Origin: Octopus sinensis
Taxonomy: Eukaryota
Direction of reading: 5' to 3'
Assembly (NCBI RefSeq): GCF_006345805.1
Contig: NC_042998.1
Coordinates: 177,630,001-177,694,000 of the forward strand
DNA: 64,000 nucleotides
In this document: positions 37,816 through 49,300 of the stretch, one piece after another
How positions within the stretch are numbered: position 1 is the first letter of the stretch
Layout: the number at the start of each line of letters is the position of its first letter
Notes under the pieces: model-generated
Told to the model about the DNA's origin: nothing
Databases searched by the model: none
Seen by the model: only the letters and a program-made list of their open reading frames with translations
Made by a program: the position numbers and the translations under genes

Positions 37816-40390
37816 CTACAATAAAACAAATTTCAAACATTGTAAAAAAAAAAATAAATAAAAATGTCAACATGTTCTTTTTGTTGTTGTTGTTGGTGGT
37901 GTTAAATAAATTCAGTTGAACAATTTGTTTCATGCAAATATTTATCTTCCTTTATTTCTTGCTTTCTGAATGGTAAGTATCCAAATTCTCTCAGTAAAGT
38001 AACTTAAAATTGTTGAGAGGAGCTTTTGTAGATTTGGCTTTAGAGTGAAAAAATTTGGTATTTAATTTATATCAAAGTCAAAATACGTATTCAGCAGTTA
38101 TAGTATTCCTCTGTGTTTTAGAGAAAGGAATTCTATCGAATATTTGACATCAGTTTGGTTTCATACTTGAACATTCAAGATTTCAGTTGACTTTTACACA
38201 AATTCTTGTTCAATGATGTCATTAGATTTTCAAGAAGTATAGTTACCAACACAATTATCCTGATGATGAGGTAAAATTTTGATTTACAGGAAGCAGTTAG
38301 ATAAAAATGTCATTCAATTGGTCTTAATTCTTTCATATATACAAGCTACTTTCCTAAAAATGAGGTTGCATTTCTTAGAAGTGAGACCTTGTTTTATATA
38401 CATATAACTTGACTTTACAATATTGGTTAGCTGATGACCTCAACATCATCCTTTACTTCTTGTAGTAGTGGTTGCTGTACTATAAGCCAGTGCAAATCTT
38501 ATTCATTATATGCATATTTACAAATCTTGTAAGTCTTCCCTCGTTTCATATCACTACAAGTGAAAGTCACCAAAGATAAAGCTTCACTGCATACAGAGTG
38601 ATCAAGAGTTATTGAGATTTGCAGACATAAAAAGGCAGCTACATAATTCAACCATCATTTTGTGCTAGTCAACTGAAATTTTAGCAGCTCTATGGCAGTA
38701 TTGTAAATTCATGCTTTGCTTAAGATAAGAGAGAAAAATAGCATTCTTGGATTTAATTCTTGAAGTTTGAATCATGGGAAATATATCCATGTGTATAAGA
38801 TATTTTTAAAATACTGTCTATTCTAGATATTAGAATTTGTTTTAAAGGATGTTCTAATTAAATATATTTTAAATGATTAAGAGAAGTAATTGATGAGTAA
38901 GTTTAGATAAATTAAAAGATAGATGCAAAATGGAATGCAAAGAAAACAGAAGGAAATGTACAGAAAATAATAAGAGAGCAATTATTAAAAAAAAAGTAAG
39001 TAATGTTAAAATAGTGAAGTAAATGAATAAGTCCAAAAACAAACAAAATCAGAACCTCCAATAATACAACTAGTTGTTACAAATCTTGTAGCTGTATCAC
39101 TTAGTAATTAACATGATGATCAATTAGCATGAATATTAAAGGTATGATTTTAATAATTTAAATATTAACATCTAATTAGTAGAATCCATACAGTAAATGC
39201 AATGTTACAAGAAACAAATCAAGCACAACTAGTATATTTTTGGTTAGTAATATATATGTTTTAATCAAGTATAATGCTAAAAGTTGCAAGGAGGCATTAT
39301 AATCTACTAACTCCAGAGGGACAAAAATCAAAGTCAACTCTGATGGAAATTACACAATGATAGAGTGACAAAACTAAATACTGTAAGGCATTTAATCTTG
39401 TGCTCTAGTTCACTTAATGTACCACCTCTTGGATATGTCAAAATATATCAAACAAATTAGTGCAATATTACATCAAAGAAAGTAAATTCCTTCTTATTAA
39501 CATTCAGTGTGCAGACATGCAACTTTTGACAGATCATTCATTACAATATAAGACAATAAAGAATACTATTGGATAGAATCAAGAATAAAGCAGGGGTTCA
39601 ACAGATAGAGACCTATTAATTTTTACAAAAGATATCATTGTTGAAATGCTATTTAAAACTAACCATGTGATCAACTGGCTGTGTTATGTGATTTCTAAAT
39701 GGAGGCATGCATATAAAATTATCTTTTAAACAAGACAACAATTGAAATAAGAGCAGTGGTATAAAGGAAAGCCATCTAGCACAGGAAGCAAGCTATAAAT
39801 TGCTGACATTTTTTTTCTCTTAAAATCTAGAGTAAATTTACCATTGTTGTTGTTATCATCATTATACCATTCTAATGTTTTTAATAGTATACAAAAGTAC
39901 TAACTCCCATACAACACAAATCCATTTGACAACACACATTTCAGTCCTGAAAATACCTGAATCAAACCGCTCTTATTTATATTTGTTTCAAATGAAGTTA
40001 TGAACTATTTAATCTAAAGAAGAAGACTTTAAATCCATTATCATTTACATTCTGTAATGTTTGCAATTAAAATTGATGCACATGCTGCCAATTCTTTTTT
40101 ACAATTCTTTCCAGAGTTTTTGGGGTGGTTTTTTAAAAAAATATTTTTATTGAAACTTTTGTGCAAACTTGACTACATAAGATATCTGGGACTACCATAA
40201 GATATCTGGGAGAAATCTTATGGTAGTGGAATAGTATTTGACTGCTATTTCTAAATTTCAGTATGTGGTGAAGCAATTTGCTGAACCCTAATTATAATTA
40301 TGCTTATAATTATAGAATTTTTGTATAAGGTTACCAATAATGTTTCTTTTAACGTAACAAACTACTTGGTAAAATTATTAATTATTAATT

Positions 40391-40768
40391 AATTAATTAA
40401 TTTTTACCCTTTATTATTATTGTTATTATTATATGCTTGTACATGTAGCTGTATGTGTATGTTTGTGTGTGTAAAATATGTACTGTACATATACAGGTAA
40501 TTGCATTTACATAAGCATATGAGTAAATTAATTAATTTTTACCCTTTATTATTATTGTTATTATTATTATTGTTATTATTATATGTACTGTACATATACA
40601 GGTAATTGCATTTACATAAGCATATGAGTAAATTAATTAATTTTTACCCTTTATTATTATTGTTATTATTATTATGCTTGTACATGTAGCTGTATGTGTA
40701 TGTTTGTGTGTGTAAAATATGTACTGTACATATACAGGTAATTGCATTTACATAAGCATATGAGTAAA
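40391..40768. repeat. Near-perfect tandem triplication (units of 135, 105 and 138 bp)
   Basis: Each unit starts aattaattaatttttacccttt and ends gcatttacataagcatatgagta. The middle unit lacks the gcttgtacatgtagc..gtgtaaaat block and has extra TTA repeats. Confidence 0.9.
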
Positions 40769-41287
40769 TATTTGTATATTAATGTGTAACCACATTTAAC
40801 CGATCATTTAGTTATATGTTTGTAGGAGTTTCATTATCATCATCATCATCGTAGCTTCTCCAAACTCCAATTGTCTGTTGTGGCATGGTTTCTATGGCTA
40901 GATGCCCTTCCTAACACCAACCACTTAACAGAGCATGTTGGGTGCCTTTTATATGCCACCAGCACAGGAATGTATATGCAGCACTGACACGGGTGCCTTT
41001 TATGTGGCACTGGTATCTGAAAGGACAAGCCGGTATGTGTGAAAGACAGCGATTTTACATGTTTGTAAATATAAATGATGGTAAATTTATTTTGTTTCTG
41101 TTCATACGATGCTCATATTTACACATCTCTATGTGTGTACACAGATGTGTGCCAGTGTATATAAGTATTTATGTGTGTGCGTGTGTGTGTGCACGCAGGC
41201 GCATGTGTGTAGGCATAAATATCAATACATTTGTTAATGTGTGCAAATATGTGCATTTCCCCTTACCTTATTTCATTTACTAAACAA

Positions 41288-41680
41288 CTGGACTCGAAAG
41301 ATTGACCGTTATGTAAATCTCCTTGAGGAATATGAAGACGTAGGCTGGAAAGCGGAGCATTTTCCAATTGGAGTTGGGTGTAGAGGAGTTGTTGGACACA
41401 GTGTGAGGTGTCTGTTGTTATTCACGTCGTAAAGTGAATACCAACATGAGCGATATCCAAACTACAGTGGAAAAGGCTAGCCACTGGATTTGGTTAAAAA
41501 CAGACAATGAGCGATGGCTAGAATATTGAGCTTTATTTGATAATTAGTTGATCTAGCAAGCAGAGCCTCATATCAGTGAGGTGGACCAGTGCACGATGAT
41601 GCCATCAAGAAGTAGGCCCAGAAACGGTGCGCATTCTCTCCTGATGACCCCATACACTTGCTGGCTTCTAGTATGCTGAG
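41288..41680 (+). mobile_element. 3' end of an REL-endonuclease non-LTR retrotransposon (HERO-like)
   Basis: Reads RKIDRYVNLLEEYEDVGWKAEHFPIGVGCRGVVGHS, then after a frameshift RRKVNTNMSDIQTTVEKASHWIWLKTDNERWLEY with a stop at 41527-41529. This is the recalled ERK..KY..L....GW.....P.EVGCRG / AE.AS.WIW pattern. Confidence 0.72.
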
Positions 41681-42329
41681 CTTTCAACTGGTAGCACATG
41701 CATGTGCAAGTTGTTTGCAAAACATCTTAACAATCAAGGTATTTGAAAAATATGCATTATTTACATGATCCTGTAATTGTCTTCAAAATTTATTCTAGAT
41801 CAATTCTGAGAAAATTATATTCATCATTTTAGTTGGTCTATATAAATGTAATCCCCACAATTTGAAATGACTATTTATAAGTGTCAATACACGAAACTCT
41901 CATCCCTTGGATCACTCAGTAACTTCTGCCAATTAATAAGTGTGTGTGTGTGTGTGTATGCCAAAGGCAAGTGAGTCAAAACTTTGAAGTCATTGCCAAC
42001 CTTTTTCTTGTAAAAGTTCAATGTTAAAATGTTTTTATATATAACTTGATATAAATGCAAACACCCACACTAAAGTAAAAAGAATAATAGAGCAAGGTAA
42101 AAAAATAAAGGATTGTTTTACAGAAGACATAAACATTTAAAAATGATGGCTATGCAAATTCTTAGTAGAAAAGACAGAAAAGCTTCAATGTGAAGAGAGA
42201 GAGAGAGAGAAACCTGGTAAGATCAGAGGGAAAAGAGGAGCAGGGAACAAGAGCAGAGAGCTAAAAGAGAAGCTAGATATCAGAAATAAATAGTACAGAG
42301 CTGGTAGTAGGAGATTTGCCAATGTCCTG

Positions 42330-45060
42330 TGATGTGACATATGGTGTTCCTGATTGCAAAGCAATGACTGTGCATAATTGAGGCATTATAAGGAAAAAGT
42401 GTGGTTGATAACACTAGTGCACTTACCCTCATTAATGCTAAGAAGAAAGAGACGTAGAGATTTTATTACAAGAATTTGAGGAATGAGGAGAATGCATGGA
42501 AAGAAAGAGGAACTCTCTCATGTTGACCCAACAGCAGGACCAGACACTGCAGTTGACTGCTATATGGTTGAAAGCATAATTAAGGATATGATAGAATGGA
42601 AAATTGCTGGACTATGAGTGATAGTCACTAAAATGTTAAAAATAGCTAGTGAAGTAGGACACATGCTAATTGCTCACATAGTCAATCAAGAACTATAGGA
42701 AGGTGCCATGCTCGTTGGCTCACTTAACGGAGCCTTTATTAATTGTTGCAAGGTTAAAGAAATGCACTTGAAAGAAACACCTACAGAGGATCAAGTTATC
42801 TAAGTAACACAGAGAGTATGGTACAGCTGATAAATAAGCTGAGACAAGACTCAGTTTGGATGGGTTTGTGCTGCAAATACTCTCTTCCTAGTGAGACAAC
42901 TACAGAAGTTCTAAGCCAAGAGTAAACCAGTATACTTGGAATTCATTTATTTGCTATCCTTTGAAAGGACACCAAATTCTGTAAATCATCCCACCCAAGC
43001 AATGGCTAAAAAACTTAGAGGAAAGAACAGTGGTGTTGAGGACTTATTCTAAGTCACTAGACACCATCACTGTCTTCCCTAAGACAAATATAGAAAAGAG
43101 TTGGCAGAGCTATTAAGTTTATTTCCAGGAGTGCTAATTATGCAACGGTGTGGTTGCTATGTGACACCCCTGTAGTGGCTTGCAAATTTGCGAGCCAGCC
43201 ATTGGAAGGGCAAGAGATTTTGTTTCTTCCCACATATTGTAGGAAGAAATTAACAAGAGCTTGGCTCTGTGGGCTGCCACCGGGCATTGAACCAGAATGG
43301 ATAGAGGACACTATCCACTGGGGTCTGGGTGGCAGTGAGCCCAAGTTTTTAAATGTGAAATTGTTGCTGGCAGCTGATTGGATGGGGTCAAAAGTGGTTT
43401 TGACCCTATGGACCCAATCAGCTGCTAAAGATCTGGTATTTCCAGATTTTTTGAAAATGGACAGTTGCAGGTACCCAGTGATACTTGAGGGATGCCCCAC
43501 CCTAAGTGTCACCTGTGCCTCGAACTGGGCCATAATAAAAAGAACTGTCCCCAGGACCAAAGTAGGATCCTGGAGCAGTTAGTAAAAGTAGCGCCCTCCT
43601 CAAAAAAGGGGAAAAAAGGAAGGTGGGCAAATGACTCTAAGGCTGCTGGAGGGAGGGAATATCCTCCGGATAAAGTGGAAGAACTAAACCCTCCGGTAGC
43701 ACATGGGAGAGAAAAAAAGAAGAATGGGACATTGCCAGCAGTTAGTAGTACACTGCCGGCATGTCCTGAAACCTCATTGGTGGGAATTGTGCCACTGACG
43801 GAGGAAACTGTGTCCCCTCCCATTATGATGAAGGATGAATTTTGTGATCTTCTTTCATAAGGGAGGAGCTGTACAGAGCTTTGTGAAGAAGCTAGAGGGC
43901 TGGAGGGAAGGGGTCCTGTCCTGTACTGAAGACCTGGATTGGCCTCCGCAGGTAACTGCGGATGTCATAATAGAAAATGATATGTTCTGGGTGATGGACT
44001 CCTTTCCCAGGGACCAAAACAGTTTTGCTTTCTGGAGCTCTGACTTAGAACAGCAGGATTGCCTGCAGTAGGCAAGTTGCCTGGTCAGGGAGGAAAAGAA
44101 AGAGGCCTTAGTGCCTCAATTTGAAATTTGAATTTGTTATTTTTTGGTAAGAAGCTTAGCGCCTCATCTTGTAAGGACAATTGCATCCATTCTTTGAACT
44201 TTGGTAAGAGGTTCAATACTTCATTTTGTGTTGTTGAGAAAAAGAGAACAATGTTTTCGGGAAGCAGCAATCAGCGGGCATTGTCTGCTTTCCTCACCAA
44301 CCATCTTTTCATGTTTTTCATTCCATTATCATTTGTGTCTTTGTCCAGCCCACAGCTACAACTTTGTATGGCTGTATGCCAATTTATGAAATAAAGTAAC
44401 ACAGAGAGTATAGTACAGCTGATAAATAAGCTTAGATGAGATACAGTTTGGATGGGTTTGTGCTGTTAATGCTCTCTTCCTAGTAAGACAACTACAGAAG
44501 TTCTAAGCCAAAAGTAAACGAGTATACTTGGTATTCATTTATCTGCTATCCTTTGAAAGGACACAACATTCTGTAGGCTAGCAGTTACTCAGAAAGCTGG
44601 TGTAGTTTGTAGCTTGTTAGTCCTGTACAGAGATACCATTAACAACATAAGTGTTGCAATGAATTCAACAAGGAAGTAAGCATGCAAGTAGTGTCCATCA
44701 GGATTTCATCCTCAGTTCTGTTCTTATTTATTAATTCTTCAGAATATAACAAGTGGAGTTTAAGCTAGACTGTTCATGGGAAATCATGTATACCAATGAC
44801 TTAATGATCATAACTGAATTTATTAAAGATTTAGAGAAGCTTCACAGCTAAAAGCAAAGGTTAGAACTAAGAGGCCTCAGAATCAACCCAGTAAAATTCA
44901 GAAGTTTTAGTTAGCAAGAACTTGGAGGTGTGGAATAATGCATCTAAATTCAAAGCAAGAATTTGGTATCAAAAAGGGCAATCAGCTATAGTATACTGCC
45001 TTAAGAAGCTTCATGCAGCTCAGCATTAAAAAAACATATGATGACAATGATAATGATGAT
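42330..45060 (+). mobile_element. Degenerate RTE LINE interrupted by a 1.4-kb insertion (RTE parts about 42330-42983 and 44394-45060)
   Basis: An RT segment resembling VRQLQEKFLAKSKP.YL.F is duplicated at 42802-42983 and 44394-44575. The RT continues (RKLGV.., GVHQ-like) only after the second copy. Confidence 0.75.
42984..44393 (+). mobile_element. Gag/ORF1-like CCHC zinc-knuckle element with no recognisable RT
   Basis: A frameshifted ORF runs from ATG at 43002 through ORFs 43148..43582, 43492..43860 (YPVILEGCP-PKCHLCLELGHNKKNCP) and 43835..44071. A roughly 320-bp tail ends in AATAAA at the right junction. GC content is higher than in the flanks. Confidence 0.75.
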
Positions 45061-45112
45061 ATTACTAAATGACAGAAGGGAAGGAAAGCAAACTATGGTG
45101 CTAAAGAAAGCA

Positions 45113-46368
45113 GAATTATTACCACCTGGGAAGTATTCATGCTTGATATACAAAAATGGAGTACATAAGAATTCCATAGAGTATACCTAATATAAACTAT
45201 GGGTGCACAAGTGGTGTAGTGGGATCACAGTCATGCTGACAGAGATGGAAGAATTCCTATGAGGGAGAAATGCAGGAGTAGTTAGCAGTAAGAGTACCTT
45301 TGAAAAAAGGTTATTTCAAATATTTGGAAGGCTCCATAAAGTAATTAATAGCTTCTGTTACCTAGGTGACCTAATTAACAGAGGAAGTGAGTGCACCGAA
45401 AGTATAGGAAGTGGTGTAAGAAAGGAATGGAAAAAGTTTAGCTATGAACTCTGCTGATAATAAAAAGATTTTCTTTCTAGCTGAAGAGTAGATCATATGA
45501 TGCTTGTGTGTATAGTGCAATGTTGCATGGTAGGAAAATAGGGGTATATAAAGTGAAGGATACATGACAGTTGGAAAGAAACGAGGCAAGTACATTCCAC
45601 AGATATGTAATGTTAGTGTGCATGAACAATGGTGCATAAATGAGCTGAGGCAGAAAAAAATGAAATTAGAGAAATGGGATATAGTGTGCAAGAGAAGAAA
45701 CTGCTCATGTCGTGCATATGGAAGACAACAGCTGGGTAAAGAAAAGGCTTATGGAAAAAGTAAGTATGAAGGAGATATAGAAAGAAGTGGTGAAAGCTGA
45801 TCTGAAGATGTTAAACCTCCTAAAGGGAACATGACAGAATATCCTGTGTGAAGTGATAAAAAGCAGTGCTAAAAATAAACCATCCAACCCAAGCAAGCCT
45901 GGAGAAAACAAATATAAGAACAACAGCCACACATATAAACATACATGTTTAGATGCAGTTATGGCCATGAGGTTAATAACTTCACTTTGCAAACACTCAA
46001 TTCCAGGTTTAACTTCTCAGCATGATACTTGGGCAGATGATTCAGGTTGATCAATACCTTGTAAGTGAAACTGGCAGGTGGAAACTGCATAGAAGCATAC
46101 TGTGCGTATGTCCACACACACACACAAGCAAACTGTATGAATCTTTGTGCACATGTGTATGCATGCATTTATGTATGGGTGCATTTGTATCCACATGCTT
46201 ACTTGGCACCATTTTGGTACTGTTTGTGTATTGTAGCAGTTCAACTTGAAGACATACAATAAAGTATCTTACTTCAAAAACAAAGTTGGCATTAAGAAGG
46301 GCATCCAACTGTAAAGAAGATTTATCCAAACCAGCATTTGGAAAAGATGGTTATGATAATGATAGCAT
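45113..46368 (+). mobile_element. RTE LINE 3' fragment flanked by a roughly 47-bp direct repeat
   Basis: RT C-terminal remnants (KSLAMNSADNKK, ORF 45564..45800), an RTE-type 3' UTR and a GAT-like tail at about 46350. Direct repeats at 45066-45112 and 46369-46416. Confidence 0.6.
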
Positions 46369-49300
46369 TAAATGACAGAAGAGGAAAGAAAGCAAACCAT
46401 GGTACTAAAGAAGGCATATAAAACATTACTAGGTGGTGTGATAACTATGCTCTTAGTAATGTAAACTAACTTATGAAATAATTTCAGTAATGATTAAACT
46501 ACTGGAGATTTGTAGTCTGGCTTAAAAACTATTGACACTACAGGAGTAGTCTAAATGTAGGTTGTCAGTGGCACCGAAGAAATCATAGATTTTATTCAAT
46601 GGAATATTGTGCACATGTACACATATGAATATGGAATATGTGTAAATGAGAGACAGCGATGAAAAAACATGAGGTTCTTGCTTTGACTTTTGGCCAATTT
46701 TGTCTATTATGACAAATATAGAAAGTACTATCCCAGGAGTGTTACCGTTATGATGAGGCTAAGAAAATATCTGATAAGGAAAAATAGAGAAAAGTCCCCT
46801 TCAGCACCTTCTTCCACCTTGATACATACTTCTTTGCTGATCATTAATGTATAGCATGAGAATTACAAAAGAAAATTCAGACAAAGGACATCTTATTATC
46901 ATTTCTACTAACATTCTGATGACTTTGATATTGAAGTTGGCATCTGTAAAATAGAGAAATATTCATTTTATGAAATGAACTTGGTTACTTCCACCACCTT
47001 CTTTGCAGGGAAGCAGATGCTTCTTTGCTGATCATTATGGTATGGGTTGGTAAAAAATAAAATTCTGACAAAGAACACACTTGCTGTTTGTTATCTTTTT
47101 TACTATCAGTCTAATATTAGAGAAGCTGGTACTACTAAATTTCTCAATTCATTTGAAGTTAGCAAGAAACTACAGGTCATCCTTATAGGGTGATTAAAAT
47201 ATACACATTGCTGCTTTAATAAGGTGTTGATAACAAATCTGGGAGAAAATAATTAAGAGAAACTAAGACAAGGTTTGCCTTCTGGCAAAAGAAAAATAAA
47301 TAAATAATAAAATGTTAAATAGGAAATGGCATGTGAAAAGTAAATGATAGGGGATTGTTAAACTTCATATTTTCACATTTCATCATGCAGAGCTAAAATT
47401 TCTAAAATTTTAAGGCTAAGTAAATATTAGTCCTCTTTCTTCAGTGTTTTAAATTTGGCAATTACAAAGCAGGGGAAAAATAGGAGTCTAATTAAATAGA
47501 TAAATATTGGTTGCTAGAATTTATGACAAGAACTGGTTTTCAGCAACAAAAAAGAATTATTTCTGAAGATTTAATGACTTTTAACAATGACTTTACTTTC
47601 AACTATAACACCAAAGAGAAAAACAAATCACAAAAACAAGAGATAACAACAAATAAAGCAAAAGGGCCTGTATTTTGTCTGTGTGAGCATGAGAGAGAAT
47701 AGAGTACAGTTAAATAAGCATTGCCATATTACAAATTTCTGTATTCACTTGCTATAACTTAAGAAGAAGGAAGGAGTTCAGTCTAATTCGATTTACCCAT
47801 CAACTTGTAAATTAAGGGTTAGATTATTATTTGGCTGAGACACTAATTGAAAATGGCATCAACTTTAATGTGTTATTCAATGTGAGTGTATGTTTGAGTG
47901 CACATGCTAAATCGCCCCCTGCTAAATTTTCTGTAACTTAAACATACATTATAGCATAACCTTAACTGTAAACTATATCACATGGTTTCATAATGTTTAA
48001 ATACAACATAGTTAAATGCATTACAATAGAGACTAAACAAAAATTACATATAAAGGATGATGATAATGAAGATAATGTAGGAATTTGAAAACTGAGTGTA
48101 ATTCGTTAAACATTATATGAAACAAACATTTACTGATACCACTTAGCTAACTGATTTTTGGAGAGACTGAAAGATACAAACTGACATATTGCAACAAAAT
48201 GTACGAGTCAGTGCCAGAAAGTTAATAAAAAAGTGAAGATCCCCATCCCCAGCCTGCACTCCTATCTCAGTAAGTATAAATTTCTAATGGCACTAATAAG
48301 TACATTGTTGTGTATCTTCACTTTGATTGATGTAAGACAATTGACACAAAATTGGTGACAAACAGCAGGCAGCAAAAGCTACATTGCATACATACAAGAT
48401 CTGCAAACATAAATATATGTTATACATACAAGGAAGTCAGAAGCACAGAGGTTAGTTATAGACAATCAATAAAGTGAACAATGGAAGAAAGATTTCCAGC
48501 TATTTGAACTCTGTGGGAAGTGTCTGGATGAGAAGACATCGAAATGTAAGCTAATGGGGGGGGGGGGGGATTTTCTAAACATTAGATAAAAAAAATTAAA
48601 AAAAGAAAAGAATATTTCTTGTATTTAGCTTTTTAAGGCAAAAAAAAAAAAAAGAAAATTGTTTAACAATGGAAATAATTAACCCTGCATTTTTAATCAT
48701 AATTATCTTTCTAAGAAGTGACTACATAGAAAGAGTCATCAGACAGATAGAGAAGTGGAGGCTTAATGTAATTTAGAGGCTTCATAATCTGGTTTTGAAG
48801 GGAGACCAGATCCTCAGCCATGATTTAAACATTATTACAAAGGAAACTAATATACAGTTTACTGATGTAAATCATTAACATTTGTTCCTTAAATAAATTT
48901 AAATATATACCAAGCAAAGACTGCAACTGAGAAGTTGAAAGCCTTGTAAGCCATTTGTTTTCAATTTCTGGTTGTAGCAACTTCTAACATGCAATGGAAA
49001 TCTGTCTGTCTGTATGTATGTACAAGATTAAAATGTCAATACATGGTGAGCCTGTGTATTACGATAAAAATCCTTACTGAACTTAAGTATAATATTTCAC
49101 ATGATATCCATATCATGAGAGAAACTGAAGTTGCCAACCTCTACTTTCAATCTCACCAACACTATTATTATTAAATTTATAATCTTGTAAGCAGAAAAAG
49201 TTTTGAAAAGGGAACTACCTAGTTTCCAAATGAAGAATGAAAAAGATCTTGACAAAATAATGGTAAATGTAAAGATTACTAACTTTTGGCTGGTGAGATA

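Noticed and set aside
41590-41660. GAAAC followed by CTGATGA in the HERO-like 3' UTR (possible type II hammerhead)
   Set aside because: No NUH triplet or consistent stems I-III could be drawn.
46810-47075. Weak direct repeat cttctttgctgatcatta with about 190-bp spacing; also weak aatgaatactacca repeats near 13525 and 13990
   Set aside because: Short, degenerate and without associated structure.
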